From positions 1,695,261-1,759,260 of the forward strand of contig JAWQFM010000004.1 in NCBI GenBank assembly GCA_033442325.1: a DNA stretch of 64,000 bases. Direction: 5' to 3'. Below are positions 15,158-32,400 of the stretch, piece after piece. The translations under genes were made by a program, and so were the position numbers. The stretch is from Salpingoeca rosetta (lineage: Eukaryota; Protista; Choanoflagellata). How positions within the stretch are numbered: position 1 is the stretch's first letter; each line of letters opens with the position of its first letter. The notes under the pieces are model-generated. The model had not been told where the DNA came from and made no database searches. It was given only the letters and a program-made list of their open reading frames with translations.

Positions 15158-16393
15158 TTAACATCCTGGGTCGATGACGAGGACGCTGTCCGCATGGTAC
15201 GGAATGCCGTAGATGAGACCATTGGTGGCCATGACACCATCGTACCACTTACCAGTTGCATCAGACAAGCCGCCAATTCTAGTGGCGGGATTGATAATGA
15301 GCACGGATGTGGATGAGTGTGGGATGCCAACGATCTTGCCATTTGCTGCAAGAAAGCCGCCAATCCACTTATCGACACCGCCCAGGCCCGTGATAGTTGT
15401 GGTATCAGCAGTATTGCTGGCCGGGTTGATGATGAGGACGGAGGTGGCATGACGGGGAATGCCGTAAATGAGGCCGTTGGGAGCGAGAACACCACCGTAC
15501 CACTTGTGATAGCCATTACCGACATCAGTTATGGAAGTAGTATCAGCTGTGTTTGTGGCAGGGTCAATGATGAGGACCGAGGGCGAATGACTTGGCATGC
15601 AATAGATGAGGCCATTGCTTGCCTGCACGCCCCCGTACCACTTGTCCGCGCCTCCCGCAAAACCACCAATAGACGAGGTGTCGGCCGTATTTGTGTCGGG
15701 ATCGATGATGAGTACGGAAGGGGAGGAGCCTGGGATGCCGTAGATAAGGCCATTGCTGGCAAGGACACCACTAAACCACTTCCCGCTGTTGCTGCCTAGA
15801 CCGGCGATTGTAGTCGTATCTGCTGTCTTGGAGTCTGGTCTGATGATGAGAACAGCATCAGCTGTGCTGGGGAAGCCGTAAATGAGACCATTCGGTGCCA
15901 ACACGCCGCCTCCCCATTTGGTACCGGTCCCAAGCCCGTTGATGGTAGTTGTGTCAACGCTGTTGGTGGTCGGGTTGATAATGAGAACAGACGGAGAGTT
16001 ATAGGGAATGCCAAAGATGAGGCCGTTAGAAGCCTGCACGCCGCCAATCCACTTCCACTTTGAGACAGCAGTGGGATACCCGCTGATACTGGTGCTGTCG
16101 GCTTGCGGCGTGCGCAAGAGACATGTGGTAGCTCGCAGCTCTTCAATCACCATTTGCTGCCTCTGCACAAGCTGAAACATCTGCCCGACATCCACGCCAT
16201 TCACAAAGACGGGTGCGGCCCTGGGGTCGCTGGTGTTGATGTGCAGCGCGCCATACTCGTCCTCTTCCATCACCACCTCCCCACACACGCGTGCAACGAC
16301 TACCAGCACCAGCAACAGCATGGCAAATCCGAATTGCGCAGTGTGCTTGCACATCGCACCAACCCTAGCTTGCTGAGGGCGCGGTCGAACCAT
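15158..16393 (-). CDS. Secreted 7-repeat beta-propeller protein with a short coiled coil
   Basis: Hydrophobic signal MLLLVLVVVARVCG, EVVMEEDEYGALHINTSDP..VNGVDV, seven KWxGGV(L/Q)AxNGLIYGIP repeats, ends VLVIDPGC*. The start codon is uncertain. Confidence 0.88.
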   Translation of the reverse strand: MVRPRPQQARVGAMCKHTAQFGFAMLLLVLVVVARVCGEVVMEEDEYGALHINTSDPRAAPVFVNGVDVGQMFQLVQRQQMVIEELRATTCLLRTPQADSTSISGYPTAVSKWKWIGGVQASNGLIFGIPYNSPSVLIINPTTNSVDTTTINGLGTGTKWGGGVLAPNGLIYGFPSTADAVLIIRPDSKTADTTTIAGLGSNSGKWFSGVLASNGLIYGIPGSSPSVLIIDPDTNTADTSSIGGFAGGADKWYGGVQASNGLIYCMPSHSPSVLIIDPATNTADTTSITDVGNGYHKWYGGVLAPNGLIYGIPRHATSVLIINPASNTADTTTITGLGGVDKWIGGFLAANGKIVGIPHSSTSVLIINPATRIGGLSDATGKWYDGVMATNGLIYGIPYHADSVLVIDPGC

Positions 16394-18349
16394 CGTCGCG
16401 TGGTTTTGTTAGTTTTGGGCACCACCCACTTGCCTCAAATGTTTTCGGTTGATTGTTTGTCATTTGCAGCAACAACAACAGCAGTAACTGGAACGACGTC
16501 CACCCGGCTACGATGCTGATGCCGAGGACGAGCAGAGCAGGAAGTGGCGCATGTCGAAGCAGATGGGCCAGGATCATGCCCTGGCTGGAACGGGTGCAGG
16601 TAGAACCGCAGTGGAAAGGAACGTGTGTGTGTGCTGGGAAGGGTGCGTGCTGGGAAGGGTGCGCGGTGGGAACAGCACGTACCACGCACCACAAACACTG
16701 ACGCCGCATCCGTCACGTCCAACCAGCCGCGACTGCCGTACCTTCTGAACCATGTCCACAACCAGCCAGCTCATCCAGCACCAGCATGATCACCACCGAC
16801 TTGTTGTCACCAACTCCCAGCAGCAGCTGGGCCACGTCCTTGCCACTGCTGTGACGAAGGCGACGGTGATCAAGTACCACGCCGCCTCCCACAGGAACTG
16901 GCGCTGACGCGAACAATGAAGCTGCCAAACAGTTCCGCATCGCCCGTCGACTGGACACATTCACAAAGCCAGCAGCACGCACAAGTGGCACCACGCACGC
17001 CCCAGCGTCCTCAACTTTGGCCAGTTCACCAGACAACTTCAGCAGCTTGTGCCGACACGCGCGGCTGCGCATCTCGCTGATGAATGTCCTGTCTGACTCA
17101 ATGAGGCAATCATGCCCGCTGCTGGTGGTTGTACTGCTTGTCGGCGGTGGAGGTCGCAAGCGCAAGCTCGCATGGAAACGTGCACACCAGCAAAATGATG
17201 TCTGCTACGAGGGTGTGCGTCAGGGACGACACGGCTTGACCAGGGCTTCCCTGCCAGGGCTTGTTCCCCGAGGTTGATGGCCTCACACACCTTGTCCACG
17301 ACGCACTGCTCTGTGCTGCAGTCGAGCCAGGACACGCTGGTGGAGGTGCTGAAGATGGCACGGAGTGCGGGCGTGGCTGGCCTTGCTGGCCGTAAACGAC
17401 AACAGAGACGGAGGCGTGTCTGTCCGTGCATCCTCGACGGCGGCGCTCACGATGGCAGCGAACATGCGCACGGCTCGCTGCAGCTTAGCAACGCTGCCCA
17501 CGTCAATTCGACGGGAGGTGATTGGCAGCTCAGGGCACAGCCTCGACGTGGTGGGTGACAAGCGCAACGGCGCCAAGCATCGTGCCTTGGGTCAAACTAG
17601 ATGGCCAACAGGGCGGATCTCGACGGCCGTGGTGTTGGCCTTGTTGAAGCTGGGCACACCGTACGCAGCCGGCACCGCGAAGCTCGGCCATACAGGAGCA
17701 CGTGCTTTGCGTCGCGTGTTGATGCGGCTGATTCAAAGCTGGCACTGGCCGGCGTGGTGCTGTGTAATGGCTGCCAGCCTCGCGTGCTCCACTGCACAAT
17801 GACAACACTTGTCATGTTCCACTGCTCCAGGGTGTACGCGATCAGGACACGCTCACCATCGCAGGGCTGGTGCACACCCCCGCTGTTGCCGCTAATCGAT
17901 CGTGCTGGCCACCAAACGGAGGGCGGCAGAGCGGCCACACGACAAGGGCTTGTCCGAGTCCCAAACACTGTGCGCCAGCGTACCCGGCAGCGACCAGGAG
18001 CACTCTGCTGCAAGGGGGCTGTGGATCAGGGGACACACGCAGCGAAGAAGAGGAGGAGGTCGGGCTGAGGAGGAGGTCAGGCTGTACACCGCCAAAATGC
18101 CGGCCTTCCGGCACAAGCAGGTGCTGCTCTCCGCTCGCAGACACGCTGATGGTGCCGATGAAGCCATGGCCCTCGCCAAAATGATGCCACAGGACCACAG
18201 AAGAAGCTGACGAAGTGGCGGCTGTTGCGATGGATTGGATCTCCGAGACGTGGACGCTGGTGATTTGGCGGATCGTGTGCACTCCGTCGTCGGGGTCGCT
18301 GGAGGGGTGGCCACTCGCCACGACCAGTGGATGGCTGCAGCCGCAAAGC

Positions 18350-22450
<4,101 letters not shown>

Positions 22451-22829
22451 ACAGAGGCACGAGGCAGCGTGGAGAAGGTGGTGGAGGGGGGAGGACGAGA
22501 GCGTCACGACGTCAGACACGACGCAAGACACGAGAGGAGGTCAGGTGCACCAACACAGGCTGAGCACGTGTCATTGGTTGGAAACACATCACACTATCTG
22601 TCACTGTCAATCATTGCCATCATCATCGAAGCTGATTGATTGTGATTAATTTTTGTTTTTTTCGTGTGTTTGGTGTGAGGACTGCGAGGGGGCGTGGCGA
22701 GCTTGGGCCCGTTCCAAGCAACGGTGGTTGGCGAAACGAAGAAGAGCTGGTGGAGGAGCGTTTCTGTGTCATTTCCACACCTCTCTACTCTTGCGTTTTG
22801 GTTTTCACCAAGCTACCAAGAGCCAAGCA

Positions 22830-24841
22830 ATGTTCCGCTGTTGCCACAAGCCCACAGCGACGGTGCCAGTCGCCGCCCATGACGCCGCCGCCTTTGACAT
22901 CTTCATCTCGCTTCGCTTCAGCGAGGCACGAAACGCGGGGAAGGCGCTCCAGCGAGCGCTCGAGGCAAGGGGGCTGAAGGTGTTTCTGTGTGAGGTTCCT
23001 CCAGGCTCGAACATTGCCAAGGTTGTGATTCGAGCGCTGCATGGGTGCCGCATGGCGGTGATCCTTGGCACGCGTACGTATGGCAAAGAGACGGACAGCA
23101 GCTTCAGCACATTTGACGAGCTTCAGTACATTGTTGATCGAAGGAAGCCGTTCTTCCTTGTGAAGATGTGCGACGACTTTGAAGAGCCTGAGGCGCAATT
23201 TCACCTGAGGAGCAACGTGGCATATTTCGCTTGGACGCCCAAAAACGAGGATACAAACATCAGCGTGCCTCCGCCGCTGGTTGATGACATTGTTGGCAAG
23301 TTGAAGGTGAGAGCCTGCATATGCGATGGTGCGAGTATGGACCAAGCATGCGCTCGTGTTTGCATTCGAAGCAACGTTTTCGTGTGTGTTTGGGCCGCTC
23401 ATGAGTTGTGCCTGTGTGCTGTTGTCCTGTTGTTGACTCACATACAACACACTGTCTTCCTTCGCTTGCTTCTGGGTAGGAGCAGACCCCCAACACCCTG
23501 ACCAACGCATCAGGCCAGCAACTGGCTGCCACAACTTCGTTCGACAGCCCACTTTCTGTCTCTGAACCGCCGTTCAGCCCAGGACGCGAGGATGCGAAGA
23601 TGTTTGCCATGGAAGTTGGTCATGAGCCATTGACTGTCAAGCGCGGTTGTAACTGGAAACGGGCGTTGCGCACGGCGTTGGCGGTTGCCATTGTGGTTGG
23701 CGTTGCCGTGGCTGTTCCAATCACGGTGCTGTCTGGAGGTAGCGGGAACGGTCCCGACGGGCCTGGAGGAGGTCCCGACGGGCCTGAAGGAGGCCCCGGA
23801 GGGAACATGAGCAACGCGTCCCTTCCAACAACCACCAGCTTGCCGACTACAATCAACGGTACCACAAAGGCGACTTTGGCTGCAGCCGGAACTGGAACGT
23901 TTGGTCAGCTTGGGCCAACAGCAGACAAGTGGCTTGGCGGCGTGCTGGCAAGCAACGGGCTGATCTATGCCGCGCCTTGGTACTCGCCTTCCGTGCTCAT
24001 CATCAACCCCAGCACCAACACCGTCGACACCACCACCATCTCGGGACTTGGAACGGATCCAGCCAAGTGGGCTGGTGGGGTGATGGCACACAACGGCCTC
24101 GTTTACATGTTCCCTTCAAACAGGCAGTCGATGCTCATCATCGACCCAGACACCAATGCGGTTGACATCACGAGCATCCACTCACTTGGCTCGACGAGCA
24201 ACAAGTGGTATAGTGGCGTTGTGGCCAGCAACCAACTCATCTTCGGCATCCCGTTGTATGCCACGTATGTGCTGATAATTGATCCGAAAACCAGCACCGC
24301 CGACATCACGACGATGGCAGGACTGTCGAGCGGGACGCACAAATGGTATGGTGGCGTGCAGGCAGACAATGACCTCATCTACTGCATCCCCGTGAAAGCT
24401 TCTTCTGTTCTTATCATCAACCCAGGGTCCTTGACGATGGACCTCACGACCATCAGTGACCTCAGTTCCACAGGCAGCAAGTGGTATGGTGGTGTGCTGG
24501 CAGAGAATGGCTTCATCTACACCATCCCAGCCTACTCAGCGACGATACTCGTCATCGACCCAGCCACAAACGCGACCAACGAGCTTGTTGTTGCACCCGC
24601 ACCAGGCTCCTTGAAGTGGAATGGCGGTGTGCTCGCACCCAACGGCAACATCATTGGCATCCCGCACGACTCTCAATCAGTCCTTGTCCTTGATCCAACA
24701 ACTAACACCACCGACACAACAACCATCAGCAATCTTCATGGCTCTGCCAAGTGGCTAGATGGTGTGCTTGCTCCAAACGGCCTCATCTACGGCATTCCAC
24801 ATGATGCTGAGTCCGTCCTCGTCATCGATCCCGGCTGCTGA
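22830..24841 (+). CDS. TIR domain - transmembrane helix - 7-repeat beta-propeller (predicted type II receptor, about 612 aa)
   Basis: Exon 1 is 22830-23306 (FDIFISLRFSE..ALEARGLKVFL..MAVILGTRTYG..STFDELQY..KPFFLVKM = TIR). Phase-0 intron 23307-23479 (GTGAG..TAG). Exon 2 (23480-24841) is open and in frame with TM ALAVAIVVGVAVAVPITVL and seven propeller repeats ending VLVIDPGC*. Confidence 0.8.
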
Positions 24842-24872
24842 CGCATGTTTGTGCGTGTGTGTGTTTGTGGTG

Positions 24873-24928
<56 letters not shown>

Positions 24929-25539
24929 TGCGTTTGATTGCTTCTCGAAAGCATGTGAGTGCTTCTGTTTGGTGCTGGGCCGGCCGCCCTTTGTGTTTGT
25001 TCCTCCTGCCTTTGTGCGGTCCTTTTCCGCCGCTGCGCCGCACCTCGTTCATTTCCCACCGTGCAAGCACGTGTTGTGTATGCTCTGTTATGTATGCTTG
25101 ATTCGTTTATCAAGTGTACAGAAATGCACCCTGCCACCAATCTCAAATGCACTCACGTGCTCCAGCAAGTGCAGGGAGAGCAAGTGACAAGAATGAGTCA
25201 CCATTCATGTTAACAGACCACAAGCATAAAGGGCACAACAAGCAAGCAACGTGTGAAGCAAACATAACCTTTATGTGAACGACGCACACACACACACACA
25301 CACACACTCACACACACACACACACACACACACACTCCCACACTCACACACACACCACACAGAGCACGTTGTTTTCTCACAGTCTGTTTTTCCACAATGC
25401 ATCCCAACGCGACCATTCGCCAGTCCTTGAAGCTCCTGGTTGAGCGAGCGCGTTCCAAGCTGCATGGGAAGATGCGTGACATTCACGGGTGGTGGCGAAC
25501 GCGAAAAGGTGCCTGCCACACAAAAGGACAGCACACCAC

Positions 25540-26097
25540 ATGATGAAGAGACGGCAGCCTGACATGCCTTGCCGCCCCTGCCGCTTGCCTCGCCGCTTGC
25601 AGGTGCTGCTGCTTGCGTTGCTGGTTGTTGCAGCAGCTGCAGGGAGCGGTGCACACGCCAGCATCCACAGGAGGCGACGAGGGCCATCGTGGCCATCACC
25701 GCCAGCAGCGTTCAAGGATGTGACCAGCGCGATCCGGCGAGGCTGGAGCACGAGGCCACCCAACGTGCCCTCGCAGTACTTTGTAGAGAAGAAGACAACC
25801 AACGATGGCGGCGTCCTGTTTGTGTACACGCACAGCAAGGGTGTGGGGAGCGCTGCAAGCGTTAGTAGCGGTGCAAGTGGCAGCGGTAACGAGGGTGGCC
25901 ACGGCGACGATTCGGCGCTACCACCCTGCGATGTCTCTGCCGTCATTAGCTATCGCGAGCGCATCGATCCAATCCACCAGGTGACGTGTGTGTGTTTTGT
26001 ATGTATGTATGTATGTATGTATGTATGTATGTATGTATGTATGTATGTATGTATGTATGTATGTATGTATGTATGTATGTATGTATGTATGTATGTA

Positions 26098-26150
<53 letters not shown>

Positions 26151-26485
26151 ATGTATGTATGTATGTATGTATGTATGTATGTATGTATGTATGTATGTAT
26201 GTATGTATGTATGTATGTATGTATGTATGTATGTATGTATGTGCGCGCTTTTACCCTCCGCGGTGGGCGTGTCGTCTTGTGATGTACCATTGACCGTCCA
26301 CCGGTCCTGTTGCCAACGCAGATTGTACAAACACGGCTGCGCCAGAAGGGCGTGTGCCATTTCCACCTCGTCGTTGTCCTGTGGGACGTGGCATGGACCA
26401 AGCATCAGGTAACTTTTCGAGATGAAACCATGGATGCAATTGTGCATGTGAGTGTATGTGTGTGTGTGTGTGTGTGCGTGTCTGT

Positions 26486-26532
<47 letters not shown>

Positions 26533-26535
26533 TGT

Positions 26536-26572
<37 letters not shown>

Positions 26573-27637
26573 GTTGACCTTGTTTGCAGCAACCATCAAA
26601 CACACGACACTTACAACCGCCCCCTACCTGATCACCCAACACCCGCTTCATGTGCTCGGCAGGTCGAGGAGTATGTTCGTGTCCTGAAGACGCGACCGCG
26701 AACGACGCTACTGATCCATCGTGGATCGTTGACGTGCTACATGTGCCTGCGCAACATGGCACTGCCGTACATCGCCTCCTCCAAATACACCCTCTGGGCA
26801 GACCACGGCACCCTATGGAAGGACAAGTACGTTGCGTTGTGTGTTTGTACAAGTGTGTGTGCGTTTGCATTGTGTGCCTGTGTTTGCATGTTTCACACCC
26901 GCTTCTTGTTCTTTAACTCCCCGCCCCACACGTGAACAACTCCCGCCTTCCCCCCCCCCCCACACACACATTAGCATGNNNNNNNNNNNNNNNNNNNNNN
27001 NNNNNNNNNNNNNNNNNNNNNNNNNNNNNNNNNNNNNNNNNNNNNNNNNNNNNNNNNNNNNNNNNNNNNNNNNNNNNNNNNNNNNNNNNNNNNNNNNNNN
27101 NNNNNNNNNNNNNNNNNNNNNNNNNNNNNNNNNNNNNNNNNNNNNNNNNNNNNNNNNNNNNNNNNNNNNNNNNTCAACCTCACAAACACTCAGCCCCCCC
27201 CCCTTTCGGTTGGGTTTTCAGGGGGACAATTATTTGAGGGGGTTCACACCCACAGATTGGGCGGAACCTTCATTTTTCCTTCCCCGCAAAACGTTTATAT
27301 TTTTAAACAAAGGTGCGTGTGCGCGTGTGGTCCCCACCCCTGTTTTTGTCCACACAAGTTGGCCTGTGTTTGTTCGTGTGTGTTAGAGCGTTTTTTTTCC
27401 CCCCCCCCGGTTTCTTGCCAATCGGGGCACCCCATCCTAACGCCGCCAACATTCATGACCCCCACCGTCACCACCGCAGGCCCCACTTTGACCCTGGGGC
27501 CCACGGCCCCTTTTTCCCCCCCCTGAGTATCCCCATCTTCCGGCGGTTTGGTCGCCAGCGCCAAGTGGCGCAGGTCAGGGGTGAAGGCGCCTTTTTTTTT
27601 CCCGTGGTCGGTCGGGAAAGGGAGGCAGTGGGGGGGT

Positions 27638-27719
<82 letters not shown>

Positions 27720-29039
27720 TGTGTGTGTGGGCTTTGTGTTTGTGTGTGGTGCCCCTGCGCGTGTGCGCGTGCGCGCCTACTTAAGCTCCTTTCTCAATCT
27801 AGTGCCCCCCCCCCGGCCACACACACAGTCCGGCTACGAGGTGAGCGACTTTATCAATTTCGTTTGGCAATGGGACCCAATGACCAACATCCAACACAAC
27901 CATTACACCAACGCGCGCAACGGCTTTCTCGACCTCAACTACAGGTAGGCACCACCATTGTCTGAGTGCATGCGTGCATGCATGCATGGTGTTCCTCGCT
28001 CCACACCACTACACACATACAAACACATACACACATACCACTACACACACACGCACACATACCACGACATGCACCCACGCACACACATATGCACACACAT
28101 GCACACATACACATGCACACACATACACATACAAATACACACACACACACACATCCCCTCACCATCCCCCACCTCCCCAAACACACCATCAGGTGCATCC
28201 ACAGCGATGTGACGTCGCGGTTGTCTGAGATGTCCATGGTGGAGCGCGTACCGGACGAGCCGCAGACGCACGCGGCGCTGATCTTGGCGCACCTCGGGCT
28301 TGCCTTCTGGCACGAGTTCTGCTTCGTCAGCGGCGCAGACGTGAGTGCAGCCACGCATCCCATGCAGCTGCCACGTGACAGTGTCACCTCAAACTTCACG
28401 TGCGACCGCTGGCTCTCCTTGCCAGAGGCGCTTGGCATGCAGCCGTTTATGCCCAGCAGCGGCATTGTGTTCCGCAGCAACTTTGGCATCTTGCAGTCTG
28501 CGCCCTTCAACCTGACGGCTGCGGACGAGCTGCGGCGCATCTGGGATGAGCCCCTCAAGTCGCTGCCGTGGGAGCGCGTGACCAAGCTGGCAGAGGGTAC
28601 GGTGGAGACAAAGTGCCTGGAGCGGCGCCATGCGATTGCCGTCATCTCGGGCCTTGATCCTGACAAGGTGCCGGGTCACCTCCGCCTGCTGCGCAACCTG
28701 CGCCACCTCTCATCGCTCGTACTGGAAGAGACGGTTCTGGCGAACACCATCAAGGACGTGACGCGAACGCAGCTCTGGATTCTGCTGAAGACACGCCCCC
28801 TGAAGCAGACGCCAGTGCCACTGCGCTCGTTTGCAGCGTTGCTGGACGACGTTGTGGAGCAAGTGCGCGCGCATAACGCGCAGGGCAGCGGCCGCTTCCT
28901 GAAGGTGCAGTACCTCTCGGCAGAGGGCGACGCCTCGGAGCAGCACGTGTTGTGGACGGCGGGCTTGAAAGTGCGCGGCGTGCGCCACTACCGCGTCACT
29001 CTGCAGGAGCTTGAGGATGCACTCAGACCCGAGTGGTGA
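25540..29039 (+). CDS. GT2/GT-A-like glycosyltransferase with N-terminal signal or anchor (paralog A)
   Basis: Exons 25540-25980, 26322-26408, 26663-26826, [gap and low-quality sequence 26979-27640], 27829-27944, 28193-29039. Motifs VSAVISYRER and RNMALPYIASSKYTLWADHG. Paralogous to 36688-40689. Confidence 0.7.
25999..26242. repeat. Compound (GTAT)n-(GT)n-(GTAT)n intronic microsatellite
   Basis: Seen directly. Confidence 0.95.
26979..27173. other. Assembly gap
   Basis: N run; the flanking sequence is homopolymer-rich and looks low quality. Confidence 0.98.
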
Positions 29040-29312
29040 TTGTGTGCGTGTGCGTTTGACTGTGCGTGCGTGTGCGTGCGTGTGCGTGCGTGTGTTTAAC
29101 CGTGCGATTTCGTTCGTCCCCTTCTTGTGCACACCATGTTCACTTTCCTTCTTGCCTAGATGATGACCTAGTTGACAGTTACGTTACTTGCAGACATTAC
29201 AGAGCCAACACCAAGCACAGTGCCCATTCCAGTGACGAGCACACTCGAATGCGAGCAAGCGCGCACACACACGCACGCACACACACACACACACGCACGC
29301 ACACACACACAC

Positions 29313-29384
<72 letters not shown>

Positions 29385-29497
29385 GCACACACGCCACTCT
29401 CACCCTCCCCCCCCCCACACACACCCATCCACCCCACCCCCACCCATCCCCACACATTACGCAATGCACACCACCCCCCCCCCCCACCCCCAAATCC

Positions 29498-32400
29498 TCA
29501 CAGCGACTTCAACGCAGCCTTGTTCTTCTGATTTGCTTTGATAGTTGAACCAGACACTTCCATGTCTGGCGCCGAAAGTTCCATTGCATCATCGTCAAGG
29601 TGCAGCGCCTGCAACTCGTCTTGCACAGTTGCCGCCATGGTGACGGGCTTCTTGTGCTTCTGGCTGGCGTTGCCACTGCCGTGCCCAAAGTGCAGGTTCA
29701 GAGCTTGCGCGGCCTTGAAGGGCATTGTTGACGCTCGTCGGAAGTTGTGCAAACACAAAAACACAGACGGGAGCACGTGGTGCAGCTTGCGATACAGTGT
29801 CTCCTTGCACAGCGCCTGCGTGGTCTCATCCAGCAAGCCAGCTTGACGCAGCACTTCCACAGAGCACCATGGTGGGGTGTCGTACACAAGGTCGTGCATG
29901 CATTGAAACAGCCCTGGCACGTCATCGCTGTAGTCACACGCATCGCCACAGGTGCTGCTGCTGCAGTCGCCGTCACTGTGCTCCATGGCATGCATCAGCG
30001 CTGGCATTCCTTGGCGTAGCACAGCCTTCCATTTGTCAGTGAACTTGTCATGTCCTCCACCGACACCAGTGTGCGCCAACCAATACCCACCCGTCCACTG
30101 GCTGAGGAACTTGCCGATGGCGTTCCTCTTGTCGGCGCTTAGCTGCTGCCACTCATCACTTGTGCACTGCTGTTTCTTCACTCGCACCTGGCTCAACTGC
30201 AGCGCAGGCAACAAGCAGCGCGCCACCACGTCGCTCGGGTCATGGTCCTGGAACAGGAAGACGCCGCCGCCTTCTGCTGTGCGGAGGTAATCATCCGCGC
30301 TCACGCGTTGTGCCGGTGACTCGCATGTAAGCCGCACAACGGCGTCCTTGGCCGCTTCCTGAAACGCCGCCTCTGCACCCTCGTTGACAACGCCAGCCAT
30401 GGTGCTGGTGGTGGTACTGGTGGTACTGTCACCGCTGCTGGTGGTGTCACCGCTGCTGGTGGTGGTGGTGGTGCTGACATTGCCACGCATGCGGATGAAT
30501 GCAATCACCTGGCCAAACGCAAACATGTCTGCTGGCTTTGACCTTTGGCGGTGATGTGGGGCAACAGCACGCTGCTCTGGTGCCAGCCACTCCTGACCAC
30601 AATCCATGCACCCAACACCCAGCCCGTATGCAGCCAGCTTTGCACGGTACACGCTGCTGCTGGGTACGCTCGCCCCAACCTCCTGCGGACAGCACAGCAC
30701 GTGATGTGGGCACAGGCTGCCGTGCGTGAGCTGACGCGAGTGCAGGAAGTGCAGTCCGTGAGTGATGTCACGGATGAGAGAGCGCAGCGCCGCGTGATCA
30801 AGGGAGGACAAGATATCCGGCGACAACGGGCGCGAGTGACATGGCACACGCGCTGGCAGGAAGGAAATGTTGAGGCTGCTGTCGTGCTGAACACCCTGGT
30901 AGCGAAGGAGGGCATCAGGCAGTACCGTGCCACTTGCAGGTAGCTGCAGTGCGCTGCTTGGTTGCATAATTGCCCACACAGCCACCTGAGTGCTGGAAGC
31001 TGTCGCATGAGAGGGCGCATGCGTGCCACCTGCCGTGCCTTCAGCATCAGACATGCTGCCTTCGTACACGTGCTTACCAAAGAGCCCACCCATAAACTGC
31101 AACGACGAAACCCGTATGCCATCGAGGACATGTGGCGCACCACGCGGCCACGTGGGTTGCGGTGTGGAGGTCGTTGGCAGTTGCTCCGTCACGAAGCGCG
31201 GGTCTGTTGCCATGGAGAACGCATAACGCCTGTTGCGGGTTTTGTCAACACGATGCACGAGCGCCTCATGGTACGCGGCCGACACAGGATCCGAGTCACT
31301 CGCACTGGGTGGCGGCGGCAAGACAATGTCAGAGTACACCGTCGTGGGTGCGGGAAACGTGCGCAGGCCGCGCTGGAACAAGGGCTGGGTGACTGCCAGA
31401 GGATCTGTTGCGGCAGCTGTGACCAAACAGCGCTTCTCGAATGAGGTTGTGCCTATCGACTCCTCCACAACATCAACCGCAACAAGCACAGCCAAGTGGA
31501 GAACCAGTGGGTTGTCGCCCACCACGATGATGTCCAGGCCCTGCCGATGCTCGTCGTCATCCGTGCACACCGCCAGGCAATTGGTGTCGTTGATTTGGGC
31601 CACAAACATGCCCAAGCTGAGGTGGATGGGCACGCCTCGAATGGCGTTCACAATCGGAAACAGCCGTCTCACAATCGCTGACCAGCACGTGGGCGGCAGC
31701 CACTCGTTCGCCTTTGTGCACTGCAGGCGCCGTCCAAAGATGACGCTCGCCTCACTGCCAAGCAGCTCGTTCATCCTGGCTCTGATGGTCGGGTGAGGAT
31801 CTTGGCGAGGAAGGAGGGCGGGAAACGTGAAGCGCCCGTCACCCAGTGCAAAGCACACGTCAAAGGAAGCGAGGAATGGCAGCAAATCGTCCTGCGCGTG
31901 CTGTGGGATGCGAATGCTTCGTTTTTCCAGCGCGTTTACGGCTTGCAGTACAGATACGCCAGGCACGAAGATCGCTGTGCTTGCTGTGCCCGCCTGCGCA
32001 GTCGTCAGCCTCAAGCCGTGCAGCGGGTGCAGCAGCGCCGCCATCAGCTTGCTTAGCCAGGTCACCGGCTCCAGCACACACCGGTCCTCGTCATCGGGAA
32101 TGCGCCGCACCACACCCGCATCATCCAAGAACCTCAAAATGAGGTCGGGGTCTTTGTCTCGAAAGTCAATCTCGGACACACTGATGATGGGCCACACCTG
32201 GTGCTGCTCCATTTTCATGCTCTGCACACAGTTCTTGATGCTCAAATAGGCGGTAGGGACTTGGACGTAGGGCACACCTTCCCTTCGCAGTGTTGCGAGT
32301 TCTTCATCCAGGGCAACAAGGCCGTTATCGGCGCCTGCATCACCAATGTCTTGTTCATCGTAGCGTGGGGCAAAACAGCAGTGACCAAGATGAAACTCGC

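Noticed and set aside
23600-24841. Stand-alone membrane-anchored propeller starting at ATG 23600
   Set aside because: The frame stays open upstream to an acceptor at 23479 that joins the TIR exon in phase. Kept only as an alternative model.
27174-27640. Apparent pseudogenisation of GT2-like paralog A
   Set aside because: It adjoins an N gap, has homopolymer-rich noise and still aligns loosely to paralog B exons; a low-quality read end is more likely.
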